Shown piece by piece: positions 44,011 through 51,798 of a DNA stretch of 64,000 bases (positions within the stretch are counted from its first letter, which is position 1; every line of letters starts with the position of its first letter). Location: positions 10,067 through 74,066 of the forward strand of contig JAJDVY010000033.1 in the NCBI GenBank assembly GCA_022825885.1, written 5' to 3'. Under the pieces are notes generated by a model that made no database searches, was not told where the DNA came from, and saw nothing but the letters and a program-made list of their open reading frames with translations. The stretch comes from Nitrospirales bacterium (GTDB lineage: Bacteria; Nitrospirota; Nitrospiria; Nitrospirales; UBA8639). The translations under genes were made by a program, and so were the position numbers.

Positions 44011-45162
44011 ATGCCCATGCAAAAACTTCAACGGCGAGTGACGAACCGTTTGCGTGAAACGCGGGTTGCCGCCGGTCTCTCCCAAGGTGATTTGGCGAAA
44101 AGTGCGGGTATTACGCGGCAAGCTCTTTATGCCATGGAAAAAGATCAGTATCTCCCGGGTACGGAAGTCGCGTTGCAACTTGCCCGCACGTTGGGGAGGT
44201 CGGTTGAGGACCTGTTCTCTTTACGTGACAACCGGGAAATTCTCGAGGCGAATTTGCCGTCGGACCATTCCGGGTCTTTGGCGTCCACCAGGGTGAAGTT
44301 GGCGATCGTAGGGACTCGTTTGATAGCCAAGCCCCTGACGGAACTGGGGGACGTCTTGAATTATACGGTTCCCGCTGATGCCTTGATTCTGGGAACGGCT
44401 TCCCGGAGGAAACATTCGGTTTACGTGCGTCTCCTGAAAAGCCATGAGGACGTGGAGCGGCAGGTCGTTGTGGCGGGGTGCGACCCGGCTATATATCTGG
44501 CCGGAGAGCACGTTCGCCGGCAAGGAGGGAATGCGTCGGTCGTTGGGTGGAACATGACGAGCCTTGCTGCCTTGCGCGCATTAAAGCGGGGAGACGTCCA
44601 TGTGGCGGGGATTCATATGATGGACCCCCGTTCCGGGGAGTACAACCTTCCCTTCTTGAAGAGGTATTTGCAAGGGCAAGCCGTGACCGTCGTTCGGTTT
44701 GCCACGTGGCAGGAAGGGTTGTTGGTGAAGGAAGGGAATCCCAAACACGTCCGCGGCCTCGAAGATCTGACCAGGTCCGATATACGAATGGTCAACCGTG
44801 AGAAGGGTGCGGGGGCCCGCTTGCTCCTGGATTATTTGCTGTCACGTCATCGCATTCCGAGTCAGGTCGTGAGGGGCTATGGGGCCATCGCTTTTTCCCA
44901 GATCGGCCTCGGTCGATGGATTGCTGAAGGGAGGGCGGACGTCGGCATCGGTGTGCAGGCCGTGGCCCAATTGTATAATTTTGATTTCATTCCCTTGCAG
45001 GAAGAACGGTATGACCTGGTCATTCCGACGGCCTACATCGATTCGCATCCCGGCATGAAAATATTCCTGGACACCCTGGGCACGCACAAGTTTCAACAGG
45101 AAATCGAAGCGCTGGGAGGGTATGACGCCAAAGAGAGCGGGAAAGTGATCGGGGAACAATAG
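44011..45162 (+). CDS. XRE-type HTH regulator fused to a periplasmic-binding-protein-like (molybdate/tungstate-binding type) domain; TunR-like
   Basis: N-terminal LRETRVAAGLSQGDLAKSAGITRQALYAMEKDQ (HTH_XRE). The C-terminal region of about 250 aa is PBP-like. It lies directly upstream of the porin-modABC genes. Confidence 0.6.
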   Translation: MPMQKLQRRVTNRLRETRVAAGLSQGDLAKSAGITRQALYAMEKDQYLPGTEVALQLARTLGRSVEDLFSLRDNREILEANLPSDHSGSLASTRVKLAIVGTRLIAKPLTELGDVLNYTVPADALILGTASRRKHSVYVRLLKSHEDVERQVVVAGCDPAIYLAGEHVRRQGGNASVVGWNMTSLAALRALKRGDVHVAGIHMMDPRSGEYNLPFLKRYLQGQAVTVVRFATWQEGLLVKEGNPKHVRGLEDLTRSDIRMVNREKGAGARLLLDYLLSRHRIPSQVVRGYGAIAFSQIGLGRWIAEGRADVGIGVQAVAQLYNFDFIPLQEERYDLVIPTAYIDSHPGMKIFLDTLGTHKFQQEIEALGGYDAKESGKVIGEQ

Positions 45163-45262
45163 TCCGGAGCTTTGCACGCCAAGGACGCTGGTTCCCCGGT
45201 CGGAGCCGGTCCTTGCTTTGACCTGAACGCGTTCTTTGGTTATCTCATGATGTAAAGAATAT

Positions 45263-45291
45263 TTGACTTATAGTAAACTATAAAATAGCAT
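45263..45291 (+). promoter_or_regulatory. Candidate promoter with embedded palindromic operator upstream of porin-modABC
   Basis: TTGACT (45263-45268), a 17-nt spacer, then TAGCAT (45286-45291). The spacer contains the palindrome TTATAG-TAAA-CTATAA (45268-45283). The ATG at 45299 follows 8 nt later, with no SD. Confidence 0.4.
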
Positions 45292-45298
45292 CATTTTT

Positions 45299-46762
45299 AT
45301 GGTCTTGAGCTTTGGAAAGACGTGCCGGGCTTTTGCATGGATTGGCGGTTTGGTTTTGTGTGCCTGGAGCAGTATGGCATCCGCCTCCATGGAGGACTCT
45401 CACCGAACGGCGGGCGGGTTGCTCGCACGGGCTTCGAGTGTGCAGGTAACGGAGCCCGCGGATGCCGTCCTCATTCAACCCAGGGAATGGAAATGGAATC
45501 GGTACCTGAAGGCCGCCCTGCGTTTGCCGGATTGGCTGGATCTTGGACTCGAACACCGGACGCGTTTTGAAACCTATGATCATCCATGGCGACGCAGCCA
45601 ACCTGCCGGTCAAACGGACTCTCAGATTCAACAGCGGTCCCGTATCCGGTTGGGTCTGAACGGGGAGTACGTCAAGTTTTTGTTTGAAGGACAGGATGCC
45701 AGGGTCCACCTCGACGGCGTTGAGAGCTACGTCACCACGGCCATCAGGAATGAAATGGACGTGTTGCAGCTCATGGCGTCTATCACGTTGAACAACGTGT
45801 TGGGAACCGGTCTTCGTACGGACCTGCACGTTGGACGGCTGACGATGGACTTCGGACGGGGCCGGCTGATCATCCGGAACGACTATCGGAATACATCGAA
45901 TGCGTTTGACGGGGCGCATTGGCAATTGGGACGGGAAAAGAGTTGGCGCATCCGCCTGTTTCTGGTTGAACCCGTCCTGCGGGACGTCGTCCAACCTGAC
46001 GAACAGTCCCAACGCAGCGTCTTTTGGGGCACCTCCCTTGAAACCAATGACACGTCGCCGATGCGCCTCAACGTTTACTATTTCGGATTGAATGACCAAC
46101 GGAGCGTCAACGTCGACCGCCACAGAACGTTTTCGACTTTCGGAACGCGCCTCTATGATGAGCCGGAAACGGGAAGAATCGATTATGAAATCGAGAGCGT
46201 CTGGCAAACGGGGAAAAGGGGCACGATCAATCACGTTGCCCATTTCCAGCATCTTGATATTGGTTACACCCTGGATCTCCCGTGGTCGCCCCGATTCCTG
46301 GTTCATTACGACTACGCCAGCGGGGACCGGAACGCGCGGGACAGCCAGGATTCGGCTTTTGATACGCTGTTTGGCGCAAGACGTTTCGATTATATGCCCA
46401 CCGGCAATTTCGGACCGTTTTTTCGGTCGAATTTCAGTTCGCCGGGATGGCGGGTGATTGCGGTTCCGTGCCGGGGGTGCGAAGTGCAACTCAAACATCG
46501 GGTATGGTATCTCGCCACCGCGCGGGGCGCGTTTGGCCGTAACGGATTGCACGATCCCACCGGCGGGTCAGGGAATTTTCTCGGCCATGACCTTGAACTG
46601 CGAGCCCAGTGGAGAACGAACGACAACCTGGAATTCGAATTAGGCTACACGCATTGGTTTAAAGGCAGTTATTTCGACAGGCTTCCCGACTCTGCGGGGT
46701 TGCCTCCCGGCGGGAACAAGGATAGCGATTATTTCTACATACAGACGAAGTTCCGGCTGTAG
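45299..46762 (+). CDS. Outer-membrane beta-barrel porin (alginate-export-like family)
   Basis: A signal peptide ending ASA. It has alternating beta-strand-like sequence rich in Y/R/D/G/N and the C-terminal end ..YFYIQTKFRL. It is positioned upstream of modA. Confidence 0.5.
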   Translation: MVLSFGKTCRAFAWIGGLVLCAWSSMASASMEDSHRTAGGLLARASSVQVTEPADAVLIQPREWKWNRYLKAALRLPDWLDLGLEHRTRFETYDHPWRRSQPAGQTDSQIQQRSRIRLGLNGEYVKFLFEGQDARVHLDGVESYVTTAIRNEMDVLQLMASITLNNVLGTGLRTDLHVGRLTMDFGRGRLIIRNDYRNTSNAFDGAHWQLGREKSWRIRLFLVEPVLRDVVQPDEQSQRSVFWGTSLETNDTSPMRLNVYYFGLNDQRSVNVDRHRTFSTFGTRLYDEPETGRIDYEIESVWQTGKRGTINHVAHFQHLDIGYTLDLPWSPRFLVHYDYASGDRNARDSQDSAFDTLFGARRFDYMPTGNFGPFFRSNFSSPGWRVIAVPCRGCEVQLKHRVWYLATARGAFGRNGLHDPTGGSGNFLGHDLELRAQWRTNDNLEFELGYTHWFKGSYFDRLPDSAGLPPGGNKDSDYFYIQTKFRL

Positions 46763-46852
46763 GGATTGATAGGCCATGGGAAAGAACGGTGGGGAAAGGG
46801 TTGCGGCGAGGGGAAAGAAACCGTGTTTGCAGGCCCGGACGGTGCGCATGCC

Positions 46853-47614
46853 ATGATCGCCAGACTTCATCGTTTGCTGTTCCTTCTGTTCTTGACGATT
46901 TGTCCTGCAACCGGTGCCGCCGAAGAAGTACGCGTGGCCGTCGCAGCCAATTTTCTCGTGACGCTCAATGAAATTGCGACCAATTTTGAACGAGACACGG
47001 GGCACACTGCCGTTGTCAGTTCGGGATCAAGCGGCAAACTCTATGCGCAGATCAGAAACGGCGCCCCGTTCGACGTGTTTTTTTCCGCCGACGTGATGCG
47101 TCCGAAGTTGCTGGAAGAAGAAGGATTCGCGGTTCAGGGGAGCCGGTTTGCGTACGCCGTGGGACGGCTCACGTTGTGGAGCCGCGCTTCCACCCTGATC
47201 GAAGGGAATGGAGCATCCATGCTGTTGAGCGATGACGTCGAGTACGTGGCCATTGCGAATCCCAAAACTGCGCCTTACGGTGTCGCCGCCAAGGAAGCCT
47301 TGCAGTCACTGGGATTTTGGGAACGGGTGCAGGGCCGGTTGGTCCGGGGAGAAAATATCGGGCAAACCTTCCACTTTGTGTTTTCGAAGAATGCCCAACT
47401 GGGATTCGTCGCCCTGTCACAGGTATTGGACCCCAAAGTCAATGGGGCCGGAAGCCGATGGGACGTGCCGACGCATTTGTATGTTCCGATCCGGCAACAA
47501 GCGGTCCTGTTGCGCGCCGGTCAACGTCATGAAGTCGCACGCGCGTTCCTGGACTACGTGAAAGGAGCCAAGTCCCGTGGCGTCATTGAACGATTCGGTT
47601 ATGGCTTGGAGTGA
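46853..47614 (+). CDS. modA: Molybdate ABC transporter substrate-binding protein
   Basis: Start refined to ATG 46853, giving a signal peptide. Pattern ..VRVAVAANF...L..I...FE..TGH.V..S.GSSG.LY.QI.NGAPFDVF.SAD.. Confidence 0.9.
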   Translation: MIARLHRLLFLLFLTICPATGAAEEVRVAVAANFLVTLNEIATNFERDTGHTAVVSSGSSGKLYAQIRNGAPFDVFFSADVMRPKLLEEEGFAVQGSRFAYAVGRLTLWSRASTLIEGNGASMLLSDDVEYVAIANPKTAPYGVAAKEALQSLGFWERVQGRLVRGENIGQTFHFVFSKNAQLGFVALSQVLDPKVNGAGSRWDVPTHLYVPIRQQAVLLRAGQRHEVARAFLDYVKGAKSRGVIERFGYGLE

Positions 47615-47635
47615 TCGAGACCCGGGAGTCAAAGG

Positions 47636-48319
47636 ATGAGCATCCCGGAAATGGATTGGACCCCGTTGTGGCTGACCATGCAACTGGCAGGGGTGACCGT
47701 TGTGGTGTTGTTGCTGGTCGGTACCCCAATGGCATGGTGGTTGGCCTTCACGCGTTCGCGGTTCAGGACGCTGGTAGAGGCCATCGTGGCACTGCCCATT
47801 GTTCTGCCGCCAACCGTTCTCGGATTTTATCTGTTGGTCGCGCTTGGACCCCATGGCTTGATTGGCGGTCCCTGGAAGGACCTGACCGGATCGGCACTCT
47901 CGTTCACGTTTACGGGGTTGGTGATTGCCTCGACGTTCTATTCGCTTCCGTTTGTCGTTCAACCCCTGCATGGCGCATTCGAGGCCGTCGGCAAAAAGCC
48001 TTTGGAAGCCGCCTGGTCTCTCGGAGCCTCAAGACTTGACGCCTTTTTTACCGTGGCGTCGCCCATGGCGGTTCGAGGATACTTGAGCGCCGTTGTCCTG
48101 GGTTTTGCTCATACGCTTGGCGAGTTCGGCGTCGTGCTGATGGTTGGCGGAAATATCCCCGGGGTGACTAAAGTCCTCTCCATTGCCATCTATGATCACG
48201 TCGAGGTGCTTGAATATACCCAAGCCCATTTTCTTTCGGCGATGCTCCTTGCATTCAGTTTTCTCATTCTTGCGATCGTCTATACGGTCAACCGGCGTTT
48301 GCCCATTCACGTCTCATGA
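47636..48319 (+). CDS. modB: Molybdate ABC transporter permease
   Basis: Multi-pass membrane protein with an EAA-like loop (..LEAAWSLGASRLDAFFTV..). Confidence 0.9.
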   Translation: MSIPEMDWTPLWLTMQLAGVTVVVLLLVGTPMAWWLAFTRSRFRTLVEAIVALPIVLPPTVLGFYLLVALGPHGLIGGPWKDLTGSALSFTFTGLVIASTFYSLPFVVQPLHGAFEAVGKKPLEAAWSLGASRLDAFFTVASPMAVRGYLSAVVLGFAHTLGEFGVVLMVGGNIPGVTKVLSIAIYDHVEVLEYTQAHFLSAMLLAFSFLILAIVYTVNRRLPIHVS

Positions 48320-49398
48320 GTCAACTTGACGCGCGTTTCCACATCGACTATCCGGGGTTTCGTTTTGACGTGGCGTGTAGGGTCCCGCTTGACGGGCTGA
48401 TTGCCGTGTTTGGATCGTCCGGGAGCGGCAAGACCACGCTGTTGAGGTGTATCGCCGGCTTAACCCGGGCTTCTTCGGGGTTTCTTCAATTCGACGAGGC
48501 TGTTTGGCAGGACGACGCTCGCGGGGTTTTTCTGCCGGTTGAGCGGCGACGGGTGGGAGTCGTGTTTCAAGAAGCGCGACTGTTTCCCCACCTGACCGTC
48601 ACGCAAAACCTCACGTATGGGATGAAGCGCAGCAGCCCATCTTCGCGGCGCATCGAATTTGATCACGTCAGCGCGTTGTTGCGACTCGAGCCTCTCTTTC
48701 AGCGCCGGGTGTCTCACTTGTCCGGTGGTGAACAGCAACGAGTGGCAATAGGAAGAGCCTTGTTACGCAATCCGCAGCTCTTGCTGATGGATGAGCCCTT
48801 GGCCTCACTTGACCGGCAGCGAAAAAAAGAAATCGTTCCCTTCCTTCAGCAACTCAACCGGGAATTCCGCATCCCGGTCCTGTACGTCAGCCACGATCTT
48901 CACGAAGTTTTGCAGCTTGCCAATCACATGGTCCTGTTAAAAGAGGGGAGCGTGGCGGCGACCGGACCGATTCAGGACGTCTTTGCCCGATTGGACTTGC
49001 CGGAGTTGGTGGAATCGAACGCGGTCGGAGCTATTCTTGAAACGCGGATTGTCGAGCATGAACCGCATTTCGGGCTGACACGGGTTGAATTTTTGGGGCA
49101 ATCCCTTTTTCTCCCTCAACAGGCCCTTCCGCCCGGTGCGCCGTTGAGGGTGCAAATCCTGTCGCGTGACGTGAGCTTGACCGTCGGCGCTCCTCTTGCG
49201 GCCAGCAGCGCGTTGAATGCGTTGGAGGCGACGATTACCGAGGTCAGCGAATCACCGGGAGATCCTTACGCCGTCGAAGTGAAGCTCGACGTGGGTTCTC
49301 CGTTATTGGCCATGATTACGAGAAAATCGTTTCATCAACTTCGGCTGAAACCCGGCCAACAAGTCCATGCCTCTTTCAAGGCCGTGGCATTAAACTAG
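48316..49398 (+). CDS. modC: Molybdenum ABC transporter ATP-binding protein
   Basis: Walker A GSSGSGKTT, signature LSGGEQQRV, Walker B LLLMDEP, and a C-terminal Mop/TOBE-like domain. A 4-nt overlap links it to modB. Confidence 0.92.
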   Translation: MSQLDARFHIDYPGFRFDVACRVPLDGLIAVFGSSGSGKTTLLRCIAGLTRASSGFLQFDEAVWQDDARGVFLPVERRRVGVVFQEARLFPHLTVTQNLTYGMKRSSPSSRRIEFDHVSALLRLEPLFQRRVSHLSGGEQQRVAIGRALLRNPQLLLMDEPLASLDRQRKKEIVPFLQQLNREFRIPVLYVSHDLHEVLQLANHMVLLKEGSVAATGPIQDVFARLDLPELVESNAVGAILETRIVEHEPHFGLTRVEFLGQSLFLPQQALPPGAPLRVQILSRDVSLTVGAPLAASSALNALEATITEVSESPGDPYAVEVKLDVGSPLLAMITRKSFHQLRLKPGQQVHASFKAVALN

Positions 49399-49429
49399 AC
49401 GACGCGTCCCGGTCCACGTCTGCCTGCGG

Positions 49430-49795
49430 CTATTCGTTCTTCTTGGCCGGCGGCACACAGTGTTTTCCGTCAAACTCGGGACAGGCTGAATCACCGCTCG
49501 CCAATTTCCATAACTTGATAAGCGGCGGATTGGGTTTGCCTTGAAAGACAACGACAACGTCGATCAGTCCGCCGACGGGCAACTTTACAATATGCGGCAG
49601 AGCCGCCTCGCCGGCTTTGAGCCAGAGAATACCGCTCCCGCTGTTGATGAGGATAAAGCCTTTATCCGGAACCACGCGAATGATCGGACTGTAAAAACTG
49701 CCTTCTTTGCCGGGTTCATCGGTCAATGCCCAACCGGGCGTGGTCATCCAGATGACAAGAAAGAGAAGGAGGATGAAGGTAAAAGGACGCAACAT
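49430..49795 (-). CDS. Hypothetical small secreted protein
   Basis: 121 aa with a signal-like N-terminus (MLRPFTFILLLFLVIWMTTPGWA). No family recognised. Confidence 0.45.
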   Translation of the reverse strand: MLRPFTFILLLFLVIWMTTPGWALTDEPGKEGSFYSPIIRVVPDKGFILINSGSGILWLKAGEAALPHIVKLPVGGLIDVVVVFQGKPNPPLIKLWKLASGDSACPEFDGKHCVPPAKKNE

Positions 49796-49884
49796 GATGA
49801 ATCTCCTTGTCAGAAGGGAGAAATATTTTTTCGCATTATGGCAACATGGGGAAGGGATGTCTATAACGGCGTTACAGACCGTGG

Positions 49885-50391
49885 TTATCGGCGTTCGACG
49901 GGAACTTCGGTAGCCGTCGAATGCTGGATCCGATACGCGCGGATGATGGGATTCATCTTGTCTTGGAGGGAAATGATGACGTGGACGGGTTCGGGAATAT
50001 TGAGTTTTTCCCTGTAGCTCTCAAATTCCATGGCGATAGTAATATCCGTAGTGGATGGACGGGCAGGGCTGAACGTATGCGAATGGTAAAAGGCCTTTAG
50101 CGTCAGGCCTTTTTGACGAATGTCTTTTTGCGCTTGTGACATTTCCTGCGCATCCATCTGGAAGGCGATATCGGCGCGTTCTTCGGGAGAAAGTTGTGTC
50201 AGGTCGGACAGCTTGGCCTGGTCGAAACGGGCCAATTCAGCGTCACTCATCTTGGCCAGGATGTTGGTAATCCGGTAATGCTCGGTCATGACGGTGTCCC
50301 GGCCGGCCAAAATTCCGCAACATTCATGAGGGTCCAGGAGCCGCGCGTGCTCGATCATGTCTTCCCAAATCTCTGAAGGAATCGAAAGCAT
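49885..50391 (-). CDS. JAMM/MPN+ metalloprotease (Mec+/HcyD-like)
   Basis: It contains PHECCGIL (the catalytic E) and FYHSHTFSPARPSTTD, which is H-x-H-x7-S-x2-D. ATG at 50391, with an alternative TTG at 50400. It is the last gene of the sulfur-carrier operon. Confidence 0.8.
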   Translation of the reverse strand: MLSIPSEIWEDMIEHARLLDPHECCGILAGRDTVMTEHYRITNILAKMSDAELARFDQAKLSDLTQLSPEERADIAFQMDAQEMSQAQKDIRQKGLTLKAFYHSHTFSPARPSTTDITIAMEFESYREKLNIPEPVHVIISLQDKMNPIIRAYRIQHSTATEVPVERR

Positions 50392-50474
50392 GACGATCAA
50401 CGGCGGTCAGCGCGTTTGGGGTTTTCCTGAAACCGGGCCGCGGACAATCCCTGGCCGGGCTCTCTCCATTGACG

Positions 50475-51275
50475 TTACACGCTGCACGAGACGTGGTGCT
50501 CTTCCAGGGTGGTGATTGTCGGGTTGGCGCTGCAGAGTGGACAGCGGGGATCCTTGGGGCGCCTGACGATACGGAACTTCATTTCGAGCGCATCGTAGAT
50601 CAGTAAACGGTCAGCGAGTGTGTCCCCTATCTCCAGGATTTCTTTTATGGCTTCATTGGCCTGTAGAATACCGATTGTGCCCGCGAGGACGCCCAATACT
50701 CCGGCTTCCTGGCAACTGGGGACCAATCCGGCAGGCGGCGGTTCAGGGTAGAGACAACGATAGCAGGGGTAGCCCTTCTGCGGTTTGATTGTGGCAAGCT
50801 GCCCTTCAAAACGAAAGATGCTCCCCGAGATCAAGGTTTTTTTCGCAAAGTAGCAGGCGTCACTCACCAGGAACCGGGTGCCGAAGTTATCGGACCCGTC
50901 CAGCACAAGGTCGTAGTTCGGCAACAACGTCATAATATTTTCGGCGCTGATGTGCTCCTGATACGTGTGCACCAGGACGTCGGGGTTCAACGCCTCCAGG
51001 AGCCGGCGGCCGGATTCGACCTTGGGGACTCCCACGTGAGGCGTGGTGTGGAGGACTTGCCGTTGCAGGTTCGACAGATCGACCACGTCGCCGTCAATCA
51101 ACCCGATCGTGCCGATACCCGCTGCTCCCAGGTACAAGGCGATTGGCGAACCCAGGCCTCCGGCCCCAACCACGAGGATTTTGGCCCGGTTCAGTTTTTG
51201 TTGACCCTTGCCGCCGACCTCCTCGAGGATGATCTGCCGGCTATAGCGTTCGATTTGGTCTTCGGTAAAATCCAC
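50475..51275 (-). CDS. ThiF/MoeB-type E1-like adenylyltransferase (copy 1; no rhodanese domain)
   Basis: RYSRQIILEEVGGKGQQKL, VVGAGGLGSP, and two CxxC pairs (CYRC, CPLC). 266 aa. Confidence 0.88.
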   Translation of the reverse strand: MDFTEDQIERYSRQIILEEVGGKGQQKLNRAKILVVGAGGLGSPIALYLGAAGIGTIGLIDGDVVDLSNLQRQVLHTTPHVGVPKVESGRRLLEALNPDVLVHTYQEHISAENIMTLLPNYDLVLDGSDNFGTRFLVSDACYFAKKTLISGSIFRFEGQLATIKPQKGYPCYRCLYPEPPPAGLVPSCQEAGVLGVLAGTIGILQANEAIKEILEIGDTLADRLLIYDALEMKFRIVRRPKDPRCPLCSANPTITTLEEHHVSCSV

Positions 51276-51284
51276 GTCCGGCCT

Positions 51285-51524
51285 CTATTCCACCACGTTG
51301 AGTTCAATCGGGTCCACGAGCACGCCCTTCTCCCGCAACCCTCCAATCGCGCGTTCGATTTCTTCGGTTTCGCCTGAGAATTCCACGTCCATCCAGCCGG
51401 TGGTTGCACGGACGTCGGCCCGGCGGATGCTGGTGACGACCTGGTATTCATGCCCGATCTGATAAATGACGGGTTCGGGAATTTTTTCTTCCGGAAACCG
51501 AATGTGAAATCGCAGTTTAGTCAT
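51285..51524 (-). CDS. Stand-alone NIL domain protein
   Basis: ..KLRFHIRFPEEKIPEPVIYQIGHEYQVVTSIRRADVRATTGWMDVEFSGETEEIERAIGGLREKGVLVD.. follows the NIL (MetN C-terminal-like) pattern. ATG at 51524 or GTG at 51533; both overlap the upstream stop. Confidence 0.55.
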   Translation of the reverse strand: MTKLRFHIRFPEEKIPEPVIYQIGHEYQVVTSIRRADVRATTGWMDVEFSGETEEIERAIGGLREKGVLVDPIELNVVE

Positions 51525-51798
51525 GGCTGCCACCGGCGATAGCGGGAACGATGGACACCTCGTCGCCGTCTTTGACGGGCGTGTCTTTGCCCGTCAGGAA
51601 CCGGATGTCTTCTTCGTTCAGGTACACGTTGATAAACCGCCGAATCTCTCCCTGTTCGTCGCAGATCCGGTCTTTCAATCCCGGATGCGTTGCGTTCAAT
51701 TGCTCGATCAATTCGCCGATGCTGGCGCCGGTTCCTTCCACTTCACTCTTGCCTCCGGTCATCGGCCGGAGGGGAGTGGGTATGCGTACGGTGATCAT
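51517..51798 (-). CDS. MoaD/ThiS-family ubiquitin-like sulfur carrier with a GG-SHD C-terminus
   Basis: 93 aa ending ..DGDEVSIVPAIAGG-SHD*. Its start overlaps the stop of the ThrC-like gene (ATGA, 51795-51798). Confidence 0.7.
   Translation of the reverse strand: MITVRIPTPLRPMTGGKSEVEGTGASIGELIEQLNATHPGLKDRICDEQGEIRRFINVYLNEEDIRFLTGKDTPVKDGDEVSIVPAIAGGSHD

Noticed and set aside
45170-45298. Moco riboswitch upstream of the porin/modABC genes (and in 43682-44010)
   Set aside because: There are only vague GC-rich similarities (for example CGGAGCCGG). I could not trace a convincing conserved Moco-motif architecture by eye, so a cmscan run would be needed.
45278-46552. 424-aa minus-strand ORF opposite the porin gene
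   Set aside because: It lies fully antisense to an ORF that has a signal peptide, beta-barrel-like sequence and operon context. Its translation is R/P/G-rich, low-information sequence typical of a shadow frame in GC-rich DNA.
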